From Longimicrobiales bacterium (lineage in GTDB: Bacteria; Gemmatimonadota; Gemmatimonadetes; Longimicrobiales; Gaopeijiaceae): a stretch of 64,000 nt of DNA. The stretch covers positions 832,001 to 896,000 of the forward strand of contig CBDDCX010000008.1 of the NCBI GenBank assembly GCA_965226375.1, given 5' to 3'. A model generated the notes under the pieces. It ran no database searches, was not told the origin of the DNA, and saw only the letters and a program-made list of their open reading frames with translations. Below are positions 28,606 through 39,528 of the stretch, piece after piece (positions within the stretch are counted from its first letter, which is position 1; each line of letters begins with the position of its first letter). The position numbers and the translations under genes were made by a program.

Positions 28606-29247
28606 GTGTCTGTACCGCAGAAGATCTCCGAGTCCGCGGTCCGCCGATTGTCGCTCTATCTCCGCATACTGGAGAACCTGGAGCGAGACGGTGACGGGAC
28701 GGTATCTAGCGAACAGCTGGCCAAGCACAGTGACACCACGGCGGCGCAGGTGCGGAAGGACCTCTCTTTGTTCGGGTCGTTCGGCAAGCGCGGGCTCGGG
28801 TATAGCGTGGTGGAGTTGGCACTTCGGATCAGGACCATACTGGGCCTGGACCGGCGCTGGCGGGTGGCTCTGGTCGGTGTCGGACGGATAGGCTCGGCGT
28901 TGGTCGAGTACGGCGGATGCCAGGAGCGTGGCTACGACATCGTCGCGATTCTGGACGTCGATCCCTCCAAGGTTGGAGAGCGTTGGGCCGATCTCACGGT
29001 GCGTGACATAGCGGAGTTCGAGGACATCGTTCGGGAGCGAGACATCGAGATCGTCATCCTGGCGGTTCCCGTGGAGGCGGTCCCCGTGGTCATGGATCGG
29101 GTCACCGGTGCGGGGGTACGCGGTATCCTGAACTTCGCACCCACCACCCTGAGAGTCCCCGAGGGTGTTACGGTGAAGGACGTGAACATGGTCATGGAGC
29201 TCGAAGCGCTCTCCTTTGCGCTGAGTCGGGAAGAAGGGGAGGAGTGA
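28606..29247 (+). CDS. rex: Redox-sensing transcriptional repressor Rex
   Basis: RRLSLYLR, QVRKDLSLFGSFGKRGLGY, VGVGRIG, GILNFAP; GTG start approximate. Confidence 0.95.
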   Translation: MSVPQKISESAVRRLSLYLRILENLERDGDGTVSSEQLAKHSDTTAAQVRKDLSLFGSFGKRGLGYSVVELALRIRTILGLDRRWRVALVGVGRIGSALVEYGGCQERGYDIVAILDVDPSKVGERWADLTVRDIAEFEDIVRERDIEIVILAVPVEAVPVVMDRVTGAGVRGILNFAPTTLRVPEGVTVKDVNMVMELEALSFALSREEGEE

Positions 29248-30092
29248 AGGGAGATCGGGCTCTGATCAACCGCGCCGCCTCCGTCCTGGAGGGCGGTTCC
29301 ATCCATACGCTGGATTTGGCGAGAGAGGTCCTGGGACTCTCAGGGCATCCCGGTGCGGCCTCGGCCGCCGTCTTCACCCTTCTCGGTTCGGATGCCCGAT
29401 TCCTTGTCGACTCCGAGGGCCTGTGGTCGTTCCGAGGGCCGAGGCCCGGCGTTCCGCTCGCGAAGTTGGATTACGCGGTCGTGGACGTGGAGACCACCGG
29501 CGGTCCTTATCGTCGAGGCCATCGGATCACGGAAGTAGCCATCTACCACGTTCGAGATGGAGTCATTGCCGACGAATACCACACGTTGGTCAATCCCGGC
29601 CGCGTGATTCCTTCTCGCATCGCCATGCTCACCGGAATCTCCAATGACATGGTGTCGTCCGCCCCGTACTTCGATCAGATCGCATCAGACATTCTCGAGC
29701 GACTCGAGGGTCGGATTTTCGTCGCGCACAACGCGCGTTTCGACTGGGGGTTTGTGAGTCAGCAACTGGCCGAGGCCGTCGGCGAGGTACCGCAGGTGGA
29801 GAGACTGTGCACGGTGCGCATGGTACGCCGCATCATACCCAGGTTACGACGCCGGAATCTGGACGCCGTGGCCCGATATTTCGACATCGAGATCACGTCT
29901 CGCCACCGGGCCCACGGGGACGCTCTGGCCACGGCTCGTGTCCTGTTGCGACTCATCGATGAGGCCGGAATCCAGGGCGTGACCGATCTCGAGTCCCTGA
30001 AGTCCTTCCTGCGGAAGCGCCGTCCGAAGTCGCAGCCCCGGCAGGGCCAGCAACTCTCGCTGTTGGAGCCGAGTCCCGACGCGGTCTGGTGA
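29244..30092 (+). CDS. DEDDh 3'-5' exonuclease (DnaQ/PolC-exonuclease-like)
   Basis: VVDVETTG, AHNARFD, HRAHGDA; C-terminal QLSLL. Confidence 0.9.
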   Translation: MKGDRALINRAASVLEGGSIHTLDLAREVLGLSGHPGAASAAVFTLLGSDARFLVDSEGLWSFRGPRPGVPLAKLDYAVVDVETTGGPYRRGHRITEVAIYHVRDGVIADEYHTLVNPGRVIPSRIAMLTGISNDMVSSAPYFDQIASDILERLEGRIFVAHNARFDWGFVSQQLAEAVGEVPQVERLCTVRMVRRIIPRLRRRNLDAVARYFDIEITSRHRAHGDALATARVLLRLIDEAGIQGVTDLESLKSFLRKRRPKSQPRQGQQLSLLEPSPDAVW

Positions 30093-30248
30093 ACATCAGA
30101 TCGGAGTGTTCCGGGGTCGGTGCGGCCGATCGTCTGGTGGCGGGAAGAGCGTGTGTCGCATGTCTGTGCCAGCCGCGAAAACTCGGTAAATTATAGAATT
30201 GTCCGGCAGTTCGCCTGCCAGGTGCCGACACCCGAAAAGGATGTCTTC

Positions 30249-31460
30249 ATGAGTGATAAAGCGAGAATCCCGGTCATCCTCGACGGGGCCCGAACCCCCA
30301 TTGGCCGCTTTCTGGGCGGCCTCGGGCCTCTGTCGGCCCCCGAGCTGGGCGCGGTCGCGATCGGTGCTGCGGTGGAGCGCTCCGGTATCGACATCAAGGC
30401 GATCGAGGAAGTCATCATGGGTAACGTGGTGGTCGCCGGGGAGGGCCAGGCCCCAGCCCGCCAAGCCGCGATCGGAGCGGGGATTCCGGCCACCGTGCCC
30501 GCCATGACGATCAACAAGGTGTGCGGATCAGGGCTCAAGGCCGTGATGCTGGCCGCGCAAGCCGTTTGCGCCGGCGATGCCAAGGCGATAGTGGCGGGGG
30601 GAATGGAGTCCATGTCGAACGTACCGTATTACGTCCGCGGACTCCGAAACGGTGTGAAGTTCGGCGATCAGAAGATCGAGGACGGGCTTCTTCTGGACGG
30701 TCTGTGGTGTTCGTTCGGGCAGTGTCACATGGGGGGGCACGCGGAGTACACCGCAGCCAAGGCGGGTATTTCGAGACAGGATGCGGACGAGTTTTCGCTT
30801 CGTTCCCACACGCTCGCCGTGGCGGCCATGGACGAGGGTAGGTTCGACACCGAGATCGTCCCGGTCTCGATCGAGACGCGTCGCGGCACCACGGTGGTGG
30901 ACACCGACGAGTCGCCGAGACGTGAGTCGTCGCTGGAGGCGTTGGGTAAGCTTCGTCCGGCGTTCCCGAAGGACGCTCCGGACGGTCTCGAGGAGTTGGT
31001 CGTGACTGCGGGCAACGCCCCCGGCCTCAACGACGGCGCCGCGGCTCTCGTGGTGACGTCGTTGGAGTTTGCCGAGACCCATGGGCTGTCCGTCCAGGCC
31101 ACCATCTCCGGGTACGCTGCCAGTGGCACAGAGCCGAAGGATCTCTTCTTCGCTCCGATCACCGCGGTTCAGAAGCTCATGGCCACGGAAGGGAAGAGCG
31201 TACGCGACTACGAGCTCTACGAGTTCAACGAGGCATTCGCCGTGCAGGCGCTGGCGGATATGAGGGCGTTGGAGGTCGATCCTGACCGCGTGAACGTGAA
31301 CGGAGGTGCGGTAGCGCTCGGGCACCCCATCGGAGCGTCCGGAGCGCGGATCCTAGTGACCCTGCTCAACGCGATGGAGGATCGGGGCGTGGAGTCGGGA
31401 ATGGCCTCGCTTTGCCTGGGAGGTGGGAACGCCGTCGCCCTTTCGGTCGAGAAACATTAG
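30249..31460 (+). CDS. Acetyl-CoA C-acetyltransferase (thiolase)
   Basis: NKVCGSG, NEAFA, GHPIGASG, CLGGG. Confidence 0.95.
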   Translation: MSDKARIPVILDGARTPIGRFLGGLGPLSAPELGAVAIGAAVERSGIDIKAIEEVIMGNVVVAGEGQAPARQAAIGAGIPATVPAMTINKVCGSGLKAVMLAAQAVCAGDAKAIVAGGMESMSNVPYYVRGLRNGVKFGDQKIEDGLLLDGLWCSFGQCHMGGHAEYTAAKAGISRQDADEFSLRSHTLAVAAMDEGRFDTEIVPVSIETRRGTTVVDTDESPRRESSLEALGKLRPAFPKDAPDGLEELVVTAGNAPGLNDGAAALVVTSLEFAETHGLSVQATISGYAASGTEPKDLFFAPITAVQKLMATEGKSVRDYELYEFNEAFAVQALADMRALEVDPDRVNVNGGAVALGHPIGASGARILVTLLNAMEDRGVESGMASLCLGGGNAVALSVEKH

Positions 31461-31544
31461 GCCGTTCCGGCTGCGGCCGTTGCCGCGGTGGCCGTTGCGG
31501 CGGCAACATTGGAATCACACACGGTCTTTACCGCCGAGGACGGC

Positions 31545-32402
31545 ATGACGATAGACAGGATTACGGTGATCGGTGGAGGCACGATGGGCAACGGGATCGC
31601 CCACGTGTGCGCGCAGCAGGGCCGCGACGTGCGTCTTACAGACGTGTCGCAGGATGTGCTGGACGGCGCGCTTGCCACGATCTCGAAGAATCTGGATCGA
31701 CAGGTGAAGAAGGAGATCATCGACGAGGCGGCCCGGGACGCGACCCTCGGTCGCGTAAGGTGCACCACCTCTCTGGAGGGGGCGGTGGAGGGGACGCAGT
31801 TGGTGGTCGAGGCGGTGCCGGAGATCGCTGAGTTCAAGTTCGACCTCTTCCGACGTCTCGATGAAATGACGACCCCGGAGACGATCCTGGCCAGCAACAC
31901 GTCGTCCATCTCCATTACGGCCATCGCTGCGGTTACCGGCCGGCCGGACCAGGTCATCGGGATGCACTTCATGAACCCGGTGCCCGTCATGAAGCTCATC
32001 GAGATCATTCGTGGACTGGCCACGAGCGATGACACGACGGCTGCCGTCGTCGGACTGTCCAAAGAACTCGGCAAGACCCCCGTGGAGGTGAACGACTTTC
32101 CGGGGTTCGTCTCGAACCGCATCCTCGGCCCCATGATCAACGAGGCCGTGTTCGCGCTCATGGAGGGTGTCGCCAACGCGAAGGCGATCGACGACGTCAT
32201 GAAGCTCGGCATGAACCACCCCATGGGCCCGTTGGCCCTTGCCGACCTCATCGGCCTGGACACGTGTCTCAACATCATGGAGGTGCTTCACCGGGAGCTT
32301 GGCGACGACCGCTACCGACCGTGCCCCCTCCTCCGCAAGTACGTCGCCGCCGGTTGGCTGGGCAGGAAGACGGGTCGCGGATTCTACGAGTATGACGCTT
32401 GA
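31545..32402 (+). CDS. hbd: 3-hydroxybutyryl-CoA dehydrogenase
   Basis: [39 protein letters not shown]. Confidence 0.92.
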   Translation: MTIDRITVIGGGTMGNGIAHVCAQQGRDVRLTDVSQDVLDGALATISKNLDRQVKKEIIDEAARDATLGRVRCTTSLEGAVEGTQLVVEAVPEIAEFKFDLFRRLDEMTTPETILASNTSSISITAIAAVTGRPDQVIGMHFMNPVPVMKLIEIIRGLATSDDTTAAVVGLSKELGKTPVEVNDFPGFVSNRILGPMINEAVFALMEGVANAKAIDDVMKLGMNHPMGPLALADLIGLDTCLNIMEVLHRELGDDRYRPCPLLRKYVAAGWLGRKTGRGFYEYDA

Positions 32403-33592
32403 GCTCGGGAGGGTTCACGTCTGAGCAGCTGGAAATCCGGGCGCTGGCCCGGGAGTTCGCCGAAGGAGAGATCCGTCCTCACGCTGCCCGTTGGGATAAG
32501 GAGCGGGACCTGGACTCCGAGATCTTCGACAAGCTCGCGGAGCTCGGCTTCATGGGTATGCGTGTGCCGGAACGGTACGGTGGATTGGATCTGGATCTCG
32601 GCACGTATCTCCTGGCCCTGGAGGAGTTGGCGTGGGGGGACGCCAGCCTCGCGTTGGCCGTGGCGATCCACAACGGGCCTGTCACGACCCTGCTGCTCGA
32701 GCACGGCTCCGACGAGCAGAAGGAAACCTACCTACCCGCCCTCGCCTCGGGCTCGCTTCTCGGTGCATTTGCGCTGTCTGAGCCCACGTCCGGCAGCGAC
32801 GCCGCGTCGATCCAGACTCGCGCAACACCGACGGATGCGGGGACTTGGAGCCTGAGCGGCACGAAGCGTTGGGTGACCAACGGCGATCGGGCGGGTCTCG
32901 TCATCGCTTTTGCCTCGACTGGAGGGGAGGAGGCCGATGAGACGGAGCGGTCTCTGGGCGCGTTTCTCTTAGAGTGGAACAACGAGGGATATAGCGTCGG
33001 AGAGAGGGAGATAACCATGGGTCTGCGGGCGTCGCAGACCGTGTCGGTCGAGTTGGAGGGAGTCCAGGTGGCATCGGATCGAGTGCTCGGAGATCCGACT
33101 CAGGGTCTTCGATACGCACTCGAGGCTTTGAACGTGGGCCGTCTCGGAGTCGCCGCTCAGTCTGTGGGCGTCGCTCAGGAGGCGTTCGAGCACGCAACGC
33201 AGTATGCGCTGGGGCGGCACCAGTTCGGCCAGGCAATCGCCCAGTTCGGCGCGATTCAGTTCAAGCTCGCCGACATGGCCACCCGCATTGCGGCGTCTCG
33301 GTCGCTTCTCCACACCGCCGCGGCGCGAATGGAAGCGGAGGACGACGGAGCGCTACGAGGTGCCGATTCGATTCCGGCCCTGGCGGCGATGGCCAAGCTG
33401 ACGGCCAGCGAGAGCGCCATGTGGATCGCCGATGAAGCGGTTCAGATATTCGGTGGTTATGGTTACATGCGAGACTATCCCGTCGAGAAACTGATGCGCG
33501 ATGCCAAGGGCACGGAGATCTACGAGGGCACCAGTGAGATCATGCGCGTCGTGATAGCCCGGGAGATTCTGAAGGAAGCACGGAACGGGTAA
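32399..33592 (+). CDS. Acyl-CoA dehydrogenase
   Basis: [36 protein letters not shown]. Confidence 0.94.
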   Translation: MSSGGFTSEQLEIRALAREFAEGEIRPHAARWDKERDLDSEIFDKLAELGFMGMRVPERYGGLDLDLGTYLLALEELAWGDASLALAVAIHNGPVTTLLLEHGSDEQKETYLPALASGSLLGAFALSEPTSGSDAASIQTRATPTDAGTWSLSGTKRWVTNGDRAGLVIAFASTGGEEADETERSLGAFLLEWNNEGYSVGEREITMGLRASQTVSVELEGVQVASDRVLGDPTQGLRYALEALNVGRLGVAAQSVGVAQEAFEHATQYALGRHQFGQAIAQFGAIQFKLADMATRIAASRSLLHTAAARMEAEDDGALRGADSIPALAAMAKLTASESAMWIADEAVQIFGGYGYMRDYPVEKLMRDAKGTEIYEGTSEIMRVVIAREILKEARNG

Positions 33593-33656
33593 CGCTACTA
33601 ACGTCCGGCATGCCCGGGCTTGACGAGGAACTCTTCGGGACGAGGCCGACGGAGTG

Positions 33657-34712
33657 ATGGCAATATTTGACGCGATGGCCAAGCGGGGCCACGAGCAGCT
33701 CGTATTTTGGAGTGAGCCGTCCATCGGGTATCGGGGGCTTATTGCCATCCACGACACCACGCTGGGCCCGGCCCTCGGTGGCACCCGCTTCTGGAGTTAC
33801 CCCTCGGATGAGGCAGCGGTGATCGACGTGCTGCGACTCTCACGGGGCATGACCTACAAGGCGGCCATAACGGGTCTGAACCTGGGTGGTGGCAAGTCCG
33901 TGATCATGGGTGACAATCGGACTGTGGAGCGCGAGATGATTTTCCGCGCCCACGGGAGGGCAGTTGAGTCACTCAAGGGTCGATACATCACTGCGGAAGA
34001 CGTCGGCACGTCCGTGGACGATATGGAGTACGTCCACCTGGAGACCGATTCGGTGGCGGGTCTGAAGGAAGCCTCCGGTGACCCGTCGCCCATCACCGCG
34101 TTCGGGGTATACCGGGGCATCAAAGCCTGTGCCCAGTTCCGCTACGGCGACGATTCACTGGATGGCAAGCACGTCGTCGTCCAGGGTGTGGGGCACGTCG
34201 GGTATTATCTGTGCGAGGATCTGGCGGCCGACGGAGCAAAGCTCACGGTCTCAGACATCGATGAAGCGCGGGTCCAGCGGGTTGTGGACGACTTTGGAGC
34301 CGCGGTCGTCAGCGCCGAAGACGTGTGTCGGGTGGACGCCGACATCTACGCCCCGTGCGCGTTGGGTGCCGTCATCAACGATGAGACACTGAAAGAGCTC
34401 GAGGTCGATATCGTGGCGGGAGCCGCCAACAACCAACTGGCCGAGGGCCGTCACGGCCAGGCCCTTCACGACCGGGGAATTCTCTATGCCCCGGACTACG
34501 TGATCAACGCCGGTGGGTTGTGCAACGTCTACGGTGAGTTGCAGGGCTGGACGCCTGAGCAGAGCAAGAAGAAGGCGGGCGCCATCTACGACACGATCTT
34601 GCGCATTTTCAACAGAGCACAGAGTGAGGACATCCCTCCGAACGAAGCTGCGGACCGGGTTGCCCGGCAACGCATCCGCGAAGCTCGTGAGCTCCGGCGT
34701 AGCCACATCTAG
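33657..34712 (+). CDS. Leucine dehydrogenase (Glu/Leu/Phe/Val dehydrogenase family)
   Basis: IHDTTLGPALGGTR, GGGKSV, TAEDVG, GAANNQ, PDYVINAGG. Confidence 0.92.
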   Translation: MAIFDAMAKRGHEQLVFWSEPSIGYRGLIAIHDTTLGPALGGTRFWSYPSDEAAVIDVLRLSRGMTYKAAITGLNLGGGKSVIMGDNRTVEREMIFRAHGRAVESLKGRYITAEDVGTSVDDMEYVHLETDSVAGLKEASGDPSPITAFGVYRGIKACAQFRYGDDSLDGKHVVVQGVGHVGYYLCEDLAADGAKLTVSDIDEARVQRVVDDFGAAVVSAEDVCRVDADIYAPCALGAVINDETLKELEVDIVAGAANNQLAEGRHGQALHDRGILYAPDYVINAGGLCNVYGELQGWTPEQSKKKAGAIYDTILRIFNRAQSEDIPPNEAADRVARQRIREARELRRSHI

Positions 34713-34757
34713 TTTCCGTATGGCCTCAATGCACGTCCGTCGATACTTTCGGCCGCC

Positions 34758-36017
34758 ATGGACGATCTAAAGAGCACCGATCCCGAGATCTTCGAGGCCA
34801 TCCGAGCCGAAGCCGGACGCCAATCCACCCAACTCGAGCTCATCGCCAGCGAGAACTTCGTTTCCCGAGCCGTGCTTCAGGCCATGGGTACGGTGATGGC
34901 CAACAAGTACGCGGAGGGGCTTCCGGGCAAGCGCTACTATGGCGGTTGCGAGCACGTGGATGTGGCGGAAGAGCTCGCCCGTAGTCGTGCCATGGAGCTG
35001 TTCGGGGCGGAGCACGCCAACGTGCAGGCCCACGCCGGTGCCCAGGCAAACATGGCGGCGTACTTCGCCTTCCTGGAGCCGGGGGACACAATTCTCGGGA
35101 TGAAGTTGAGCCACGGTGGCCATCTGACCCATGGATCTCCGGTGAACTTCAGCGGGCAACTCTTCGAGGTCGCGGCGTACGGGGTTCGCGAGTCCGACGG
35201 ACGCATCGACTACGATGCTCTCCGCGAGCAGGCCCGCGAAACCCGGCCGAAGATGATCGTGGCCGGTGCGAGCGCGTATCCCCGTATCATCGACTTTGAG
35301 ACGTTCGGTGAGATCGCTCGCGAGGTGGGTGCCATCATGTTCGTGGACATGGCCCACATCGCGGGGTTGGTGGCCGCAGACGTACATCCGAGTCCGGTGC
35401 CCCACTCCGACGTGGTGACCACGACTACACACAAGACGCTTCGGGGACCGCGGGGTGGCCTGATGCTCTGTAAGGAGGAGCACGCCGGCGCCATCGACAA
35501 GTCGGTCTTTCCGGGCACGCAGGGGGGCCCCCTGATGCACATCATCGCCGCAAAGGCAGTGGCTTTCAGAGAAGCCCTTCAGCCCGACTTCAAGAGTTAC
35601 CAGCGCCAGATCGTTGCGAACGCCCGCGCTCTCGCAGAGACTTTGGCGGAGCACGGGTTTTTCCTGGTCAGCGGGGGCACGGACAATCACCTGCTCCTCG
35701 TGGATCTTCGCATGAGCCATGAAGAGCTCACGGGCAAAGAGGCCGAGAAGGCTCTGGAGTTGGCCGGGATGACGGTCAACAAGAACACCGTTCCGGGTGA
35801 GACCCGGTCGCCGTTCGTCACCTCCGGACTCCGGATCGGGGCCTCTGCTGTGACGACCCGAGGGCTTATGGAAACCGACATGCGGCAGATCGGCGATTGG
35901 ATCGCCAAGGTGCTCACCGACCCGACCGACGAAGACATGATCGCAGGTGTGCGCGGGGAGATCGACGAGATGTGCCAAGCCTTCCCGCTCTATCAAGACT
36001 TGGCGGCCCGCGCTTAG
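34758..36017 (+). CDS. glyA: Serine hydroxymethyltransferase
   Basis: [33 protein letters not shown]. Confidence 0.97.
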   Translation: MDDLKSTDPEIFEAIRAEAGRQSTQLELIASENFVSRAVLQAMGTVMANKYAEGLPGKRYYGGCEHVDVAEELARSRAMELFGAEHANVQAHAGAQANMAAYFAFLEPGDTILGMKLSHGGHLTHGSPVNFSGQLFEVAAYGVRESDGRIDYDALREQARETRPKMIVAGASAYPRIIDFETFGEIAREVGAIMFVDMAHIAGLVAADVHPSPVPHSDVVTTTTHKTLRGPRGGLMLCKEEHAGAIDKSVFPGTQGGPLMHIIAAKAVAFREALQPDFKSYQRQIVANARALAETLAEHGFFLVSGGTDNHLLLVDLRMSHEELTGKEAEKALELAGMTVNKNTVPGETRSPFVTSGLRIGASAVTTRGLMETDMRQIGDWIAKVLTDPTDEDMIAGVRGEIDEMCQAFPLYQDLAARA

Positions 36018-36084
36018 AAGGCTGTGACCTCTTGGACGCCGGGGCAGCTTGGCGCCAGGACCGCAAGCGCGTAAGATTTCTCTT

Positions 36085-36465
36085 ATGTCCGAGCTCCAGT
36101 TTGCAGAAGAGGTCCTGGATCAGCTCCAGGAAAAGCACCCCCGTTTCCACGGGAAGGCGTACCTCTTCCTGCTTTCCTCCCTTCACCGGGTGATGGAAGG
36201 TTTGAAGGAGCCAAGGCATATCTCGGGCCGGGAGCTGGCCGAGGGAGTCCGTGGACTCGCCTTGGAGCGTTTTGGTCCGATGGCACGGACCGTTTTGCAG
36301 CATTGGGGTATCCACACGACCGAGGATCTGGGGGACATCGTATTCGCCTTGGTCGACTGCGGCGTCCTGATCAGGCAAGACGGGGACAGTCCCGAGGACT
36401 TCCGTGATGTTTTCGACTTCGAGCAAGCGTTCGAGCAGGATTATCCGTGGAGTCCTGGAATTTGA
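36085..36465 (+). CDS. Minf_1886-like conserved hypothetical protein
   Basis: AYLFL...HISGREL...FGPMARTVLQHWGI..TED.G.IV pattern; family assignment recalled, not searched. Confidence 0.75.
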   Translation: MSELQFAEEVLDQLQEKHPRFHGKAYLFLLSSLHRVMEGLKEPRHISGRELAEGVRGLALERFGPMARTVLQHWGIHTTEDLGDIVFALVDCGVLIRQDGDSPEDFRDVFDFEQAFEQDYPWSPGI

Positions 36466-36583
36466 GGTTGCGGCCCCGAGGGCCGAATTCTATCGAGTAC
36501 CATTACGAAGCAGCGACTGCCCCGCCGCCGGTCGGCTGACGGGGGACTCGCTAAACTGAAAACGCCGTAGGGAGGGGTCGAAC

Positions 36584-36781
36584 ATGCCGGAAGAATCTGG
36601 GTTTCCTCGTTGTCAAAAGTGCGATACGGGGATCCTGTTGCCGCTTTCGGACTATGGACGCGACGGGGCCGCGATCCGTTACAAAGCCTGGGTGTGTTCC
36701 CGTCCCGAATGCGGGTTCAACATCCGGATCGACAATGGGGAGATTTCGCTGGGCCGCAGTATCGGGCAGAGCTACAAGTAG
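36584..36781 (+). CDS. Small putative Zn-ribbon protein (65 aa)
   Basis: Strong RBS GGGAGGGG; CQKC...CSRPEC; fills an intergenic gap. Confidence 0.72.
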   Translation: MPEESGFPRCQKCDTGILLPLSDYGRDGAAIRYKAWVCSRPECGFNIRIDNGEISLGRSIGQSYK

Positions 36782-36910
36782 TTCCCTTCCTCCCGCGTGT
36801 TCTGACCGGCGTCCGGTGCGTGCCTGCCGCCGCTTCACTTCGTATCCGCGACTACTGAACTGAATTTCGATCCAGCCTGCCAGGGGGTGGGCGCCGAGCG
36901 TCGAGACTCC

Positions 36911-38512
36911 ATGACCGGGATCCCTGTTCGCCCTTTCGGAGGACCATGCGTCTGGGCTCCGACGGGCACCGAGGCGGCCGCTTTCGACCGCATGGTCATC
37001 GACGAACTAAGTGTGCCGCAGGTCACCCTCATGGAGTGCGCCGGCCGTTCCGCCGCGCACGTTCTCGATCGACTCTACCCGCGTGGTGAGGTGGTTGCGT
37101 TCGTAGGAGCGGGCAACAACGGGGGCGACGCCCTCGTCCTTCTGCGGACTCTTCGCTCGTGGGGTAGACCCGTGAAGGCGGTGCTCGTCGCGGACCGACC
37201 CGCGAACGATCCCCTGCTTCACGGCTGGGACGTGATGTACGGGAGTGATGGCGGGAACCGCGAAGCGAATGCGGCTTCCGATGAGGGCGGACCGCCTGAG
37301 TCTGCTCTGGCCCCGACCAACGTGGTGGTCGATGGGATTCTCGGTACCGGAATCAAGGGAGCGCCCCGGGCCCGGCAGGCGCGAGCGATCCAAGCGATCA
37401 ACGGAGCCGGGCTTCCCGTGTTTGCGTTGGACATCCCGTCAGGTATCGATGCGGACACGGGGCGAATCGAGGGAGAAGCGGTGGTCGCTCACGTGACCGT
37501 GGCCTTGGGCTGGCCGAAGCTCGGTAGCCTCCTGCAGCCTGCGAGGGCCAACGTCGGACGGTTGATCGCTGTCGAGATCGGCTTTCCCCCGGTTGGCGAG
37601 GGCGCGTTCGGAGCTGCGGTCGTAACACCTGCATGGGCGTCCGAGCGGATACCGCAGCGAGAGCCCGATACCCACAAGAACCGGGTAGGTGCTCTGCTCC
37701 TCGTGGCTGGCCGGTCCGGCATGGCTGGGGCCGCGGTGATGGCAGGCAGGGCAGCCCTGCGCGCCGGCGTGGGCCTCCTCCGCGTCGTATCGGCGGCCGA
37801 GAACCGTGAGATCATACAGGCGTCGGTTCCCGAGGCGATCTTTGTGGCGGACGACGACACGGACGCGGTGAGGGACGCATCAACGGCGTCACGTGCCATT
37901 GCGGCCGGGCCCGGCCTGGGAGATGGCGCGGAAGGGGCGACGCTTCTCGAGGTGATCCGCGAGGCCAGCTCGGGCCGCCCGACGGTGTTGGACGCCGACG
38001 CCCTCAACCTGGCCGCTTCGGGGAAAGGACCCGGCGTGGGCCGCTGGGCCCACGGAAGGGATGTGCTGGTCACACCTCATCTCGGCGAGATGCGGGGCCT
38101 GTCGGGCCTGACTGGTGAGGTTATCGGAGGAGACCGGATGTCGGCCGCCAGGGCATTTGCGTCCGAGTCCAACGCGACCGTCCTGCTCAAGGGGCTGCCG
38201 TCCATCGTGGTGTCCGCAGAAGGCACCTGTTGGGTAGACGCGGTGGGCAGCTCCGATTTGGCGAGCGGCGGGATGGGCGATGTGCTCACCGGTGTGGCTG
38301 GGGCGCTGCTTGCTCAGGGATCTGCGCCCGACGTGGCGGGTGCCCTGGCACTCCACCTGACGGGTCGCGCGGCCGCTCGTGCCGACAAGGGAGCGGGCCT
38401 CACGCCGTCCGACGTCATCGAGGCGCTTCCAGCGGTGTGGGATGAACAGGGCCCGGGTGAAAGTGATCTGGGTCTGCCCTTCGTACTCTTCGACCAGGAT
38501 TCCGCCAGATGA
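36911..38512 (+). CDS. nnr: Bifunctional NAD(P)H-hydrate epimerase/dehydratase
   Basis: GAGNNGGD, DGILGTG, DIPSG (YjeF_N); GPGLG, LDADALN, TPHLGE, GGMGDVLTG. Confidence 0.92.
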   Translation: MTGIPVRPFGGPCVWAPTGTEAAAFDRMVIDELSVPQVTLMECAGRSAAHVLDRLYPRGEVVAFVGAGNNGGDALVLLRTLRSWGRPVKAVLVADRPANDPLLHGWDVMYGSDGGNREANAASDEGGPPESALAPTNVVVDGILGTGIKGAPRARQARAIQAINGAGLPVFALDIPSGIDADTGRIEGEAVVAHVTVALGWPKLGSLLQPARANVGRLIAVEIGFPPVGEGAFGAAVVTPAWASERIPQREPDTHKNRVGALLLVAGRSGMAGAAVMAGRAALRAGVGLLRVVSAAENREIIQASVPEAIFVADDDTDAVRDASTASRAIAAGPGLGDGAEGATLLEVIREASSGRPTVLDADALNLAASGKGPGVGRWAHGRDVLVTPHLGEMRGLSGLTGEVIGGDRMSAARAFASESNATVLLKGLPSIVVSAEGTCWVDAVGSSDLASGGMGDVLTGVAGALLAQGSAPDVAGALALHLTGRAAARADKGAGLTPSDVIEALPAVWDEQGPGESDLGLPFVLFDQDSAR

Positions 38513-39528
38513 TCACGACGGATTCGGCCGAGGGATCAGAGAAAGATCGAACGACGCGCATGGGACCCGGAAGGGAGTTCGATCTTATTCGGGCTTTGGT
38601 CGGCGAGTCGGACGTTCTTCCGCCCTCCGTCCTGGTCGGGCCGGGGGACGATGCAGCGGTGTTGCAGATTGGCCGACTCGTGGTGACCACCGACCTCTCG
38701 GTCGAGGATGTGCACTTTCGCCGTTCCTGGGTCACCCTTGAGGAGGTGGGTTTTCGTGCGGTCGTTGCCGCCGCGAGCGACCTTGCGGCCATGGCGGCCA
38801 GACCCGTCGGTGTGCTGCTTTCGGTGGCCGTAGCAGCGGACGAGGCTCAGATCGTGTTGACCGAGCTCGGTCGTGGAGTGCACGAAGCGCTCGTTGATCT
38901 CGGGGCGGCGCTGGTCGGTGGAGACCTCACTGCGTCACCGGGACCTCTGGTTCTCGACGTTACCGTGCTCGGTGAGGCCACCGACCCGATCACGCGTCGG
39001 GGAGCCGTTGCCGGTGACGAGATCTGGGTGAGCGGCGTCCTGGGTGGCAGCTCGGCAGCCGTTCGCGCCTGGAGCGTCGGAGCGGAGCCGGATCCGGGGC
39101 TGCGGAGCGCGTTCACCCGACCCGCCGCCCGTGTCCGGGAGGCCCGCTGGCTCGTTGAGCACGGCGACGTGCATGCCATGATCGACCTCTCCGACGGACT
39201 CGCGGGAGATGTGGGCCACCTGGCCGCGGCGTCCGGCGTACGCATCGAGATCGAGTCCGCACGGGTACCCGTGCACCCCCTGCTGGATGCCGGTGATGCG
39301 ACGCTCGCCCTGTCGGGGGGCGAAGACTATGAGCTTTGCATCGCGTCGGCCCCGGGGGCTATGGAACCCTTGGTCGATGGGTTCCTCGAGAGGTTCGACA
39401 CATCCCTCACGCAGGTGGGCCGTGTGCTGGAGGGTGAGGGAGTGCACATCGAGGGATCAGATGTCTCCGGTGGGCCCGCGGGCGCTGGGGGATTCGATCA
39501 CTTCACGCCACGGGAGTGCGCATGCTGA
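38509..39528 (+). CDS. thiL: Thiamine-monophosphate kinase
   Basis: EFDLI, GDDAA, SDLAAMAA, IDLSDGL, GGEDYEL. Confidence 0.93.
   Translation: MITTDSAEGSEKDRTTRMGPGREFDLIRALVGESDVLPPSVLVGPGDDAAVLQIGRLVVTTDLSVEDVHFRRSWVTLEEVGFRAVVAAASDLAAMAARPVGVLLSVAVAADEAQIVLTELGRGVHEALVDLGAALVGGDLTASPGPLVLDVTVLGEATDPITRRGAVAGDEIWVSGVLGGSSAAVRAWSVGAEPDPGLRSAFTRPAARVREARWLVEHGDVHAMIDLSDGLAGDVGHLAAASGVRIEIESARVPVHPLLDAGDATLALSGGEDYELCIASAPGAMEPLVDGFLERFDTSLTQVGRVLEGEGVHIEGSDVSGGPAGAGGFDHFTPRECAC

Noticed and set aside
31461..31507. GCCGTT-rich short repeats between thiolase and hbd
   Set aside because: Degenerate, short and GC-rich; not distinguishable from low-complexity background.
34767..35996. Long antisense or alternate-frame ORFs (also 39756-41033, 26708-27955, 48789-49931, 13789-14613)
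   Set aside because: Shadows of well-supported genes, expected in high-GC DNA; no recognisable motifs.
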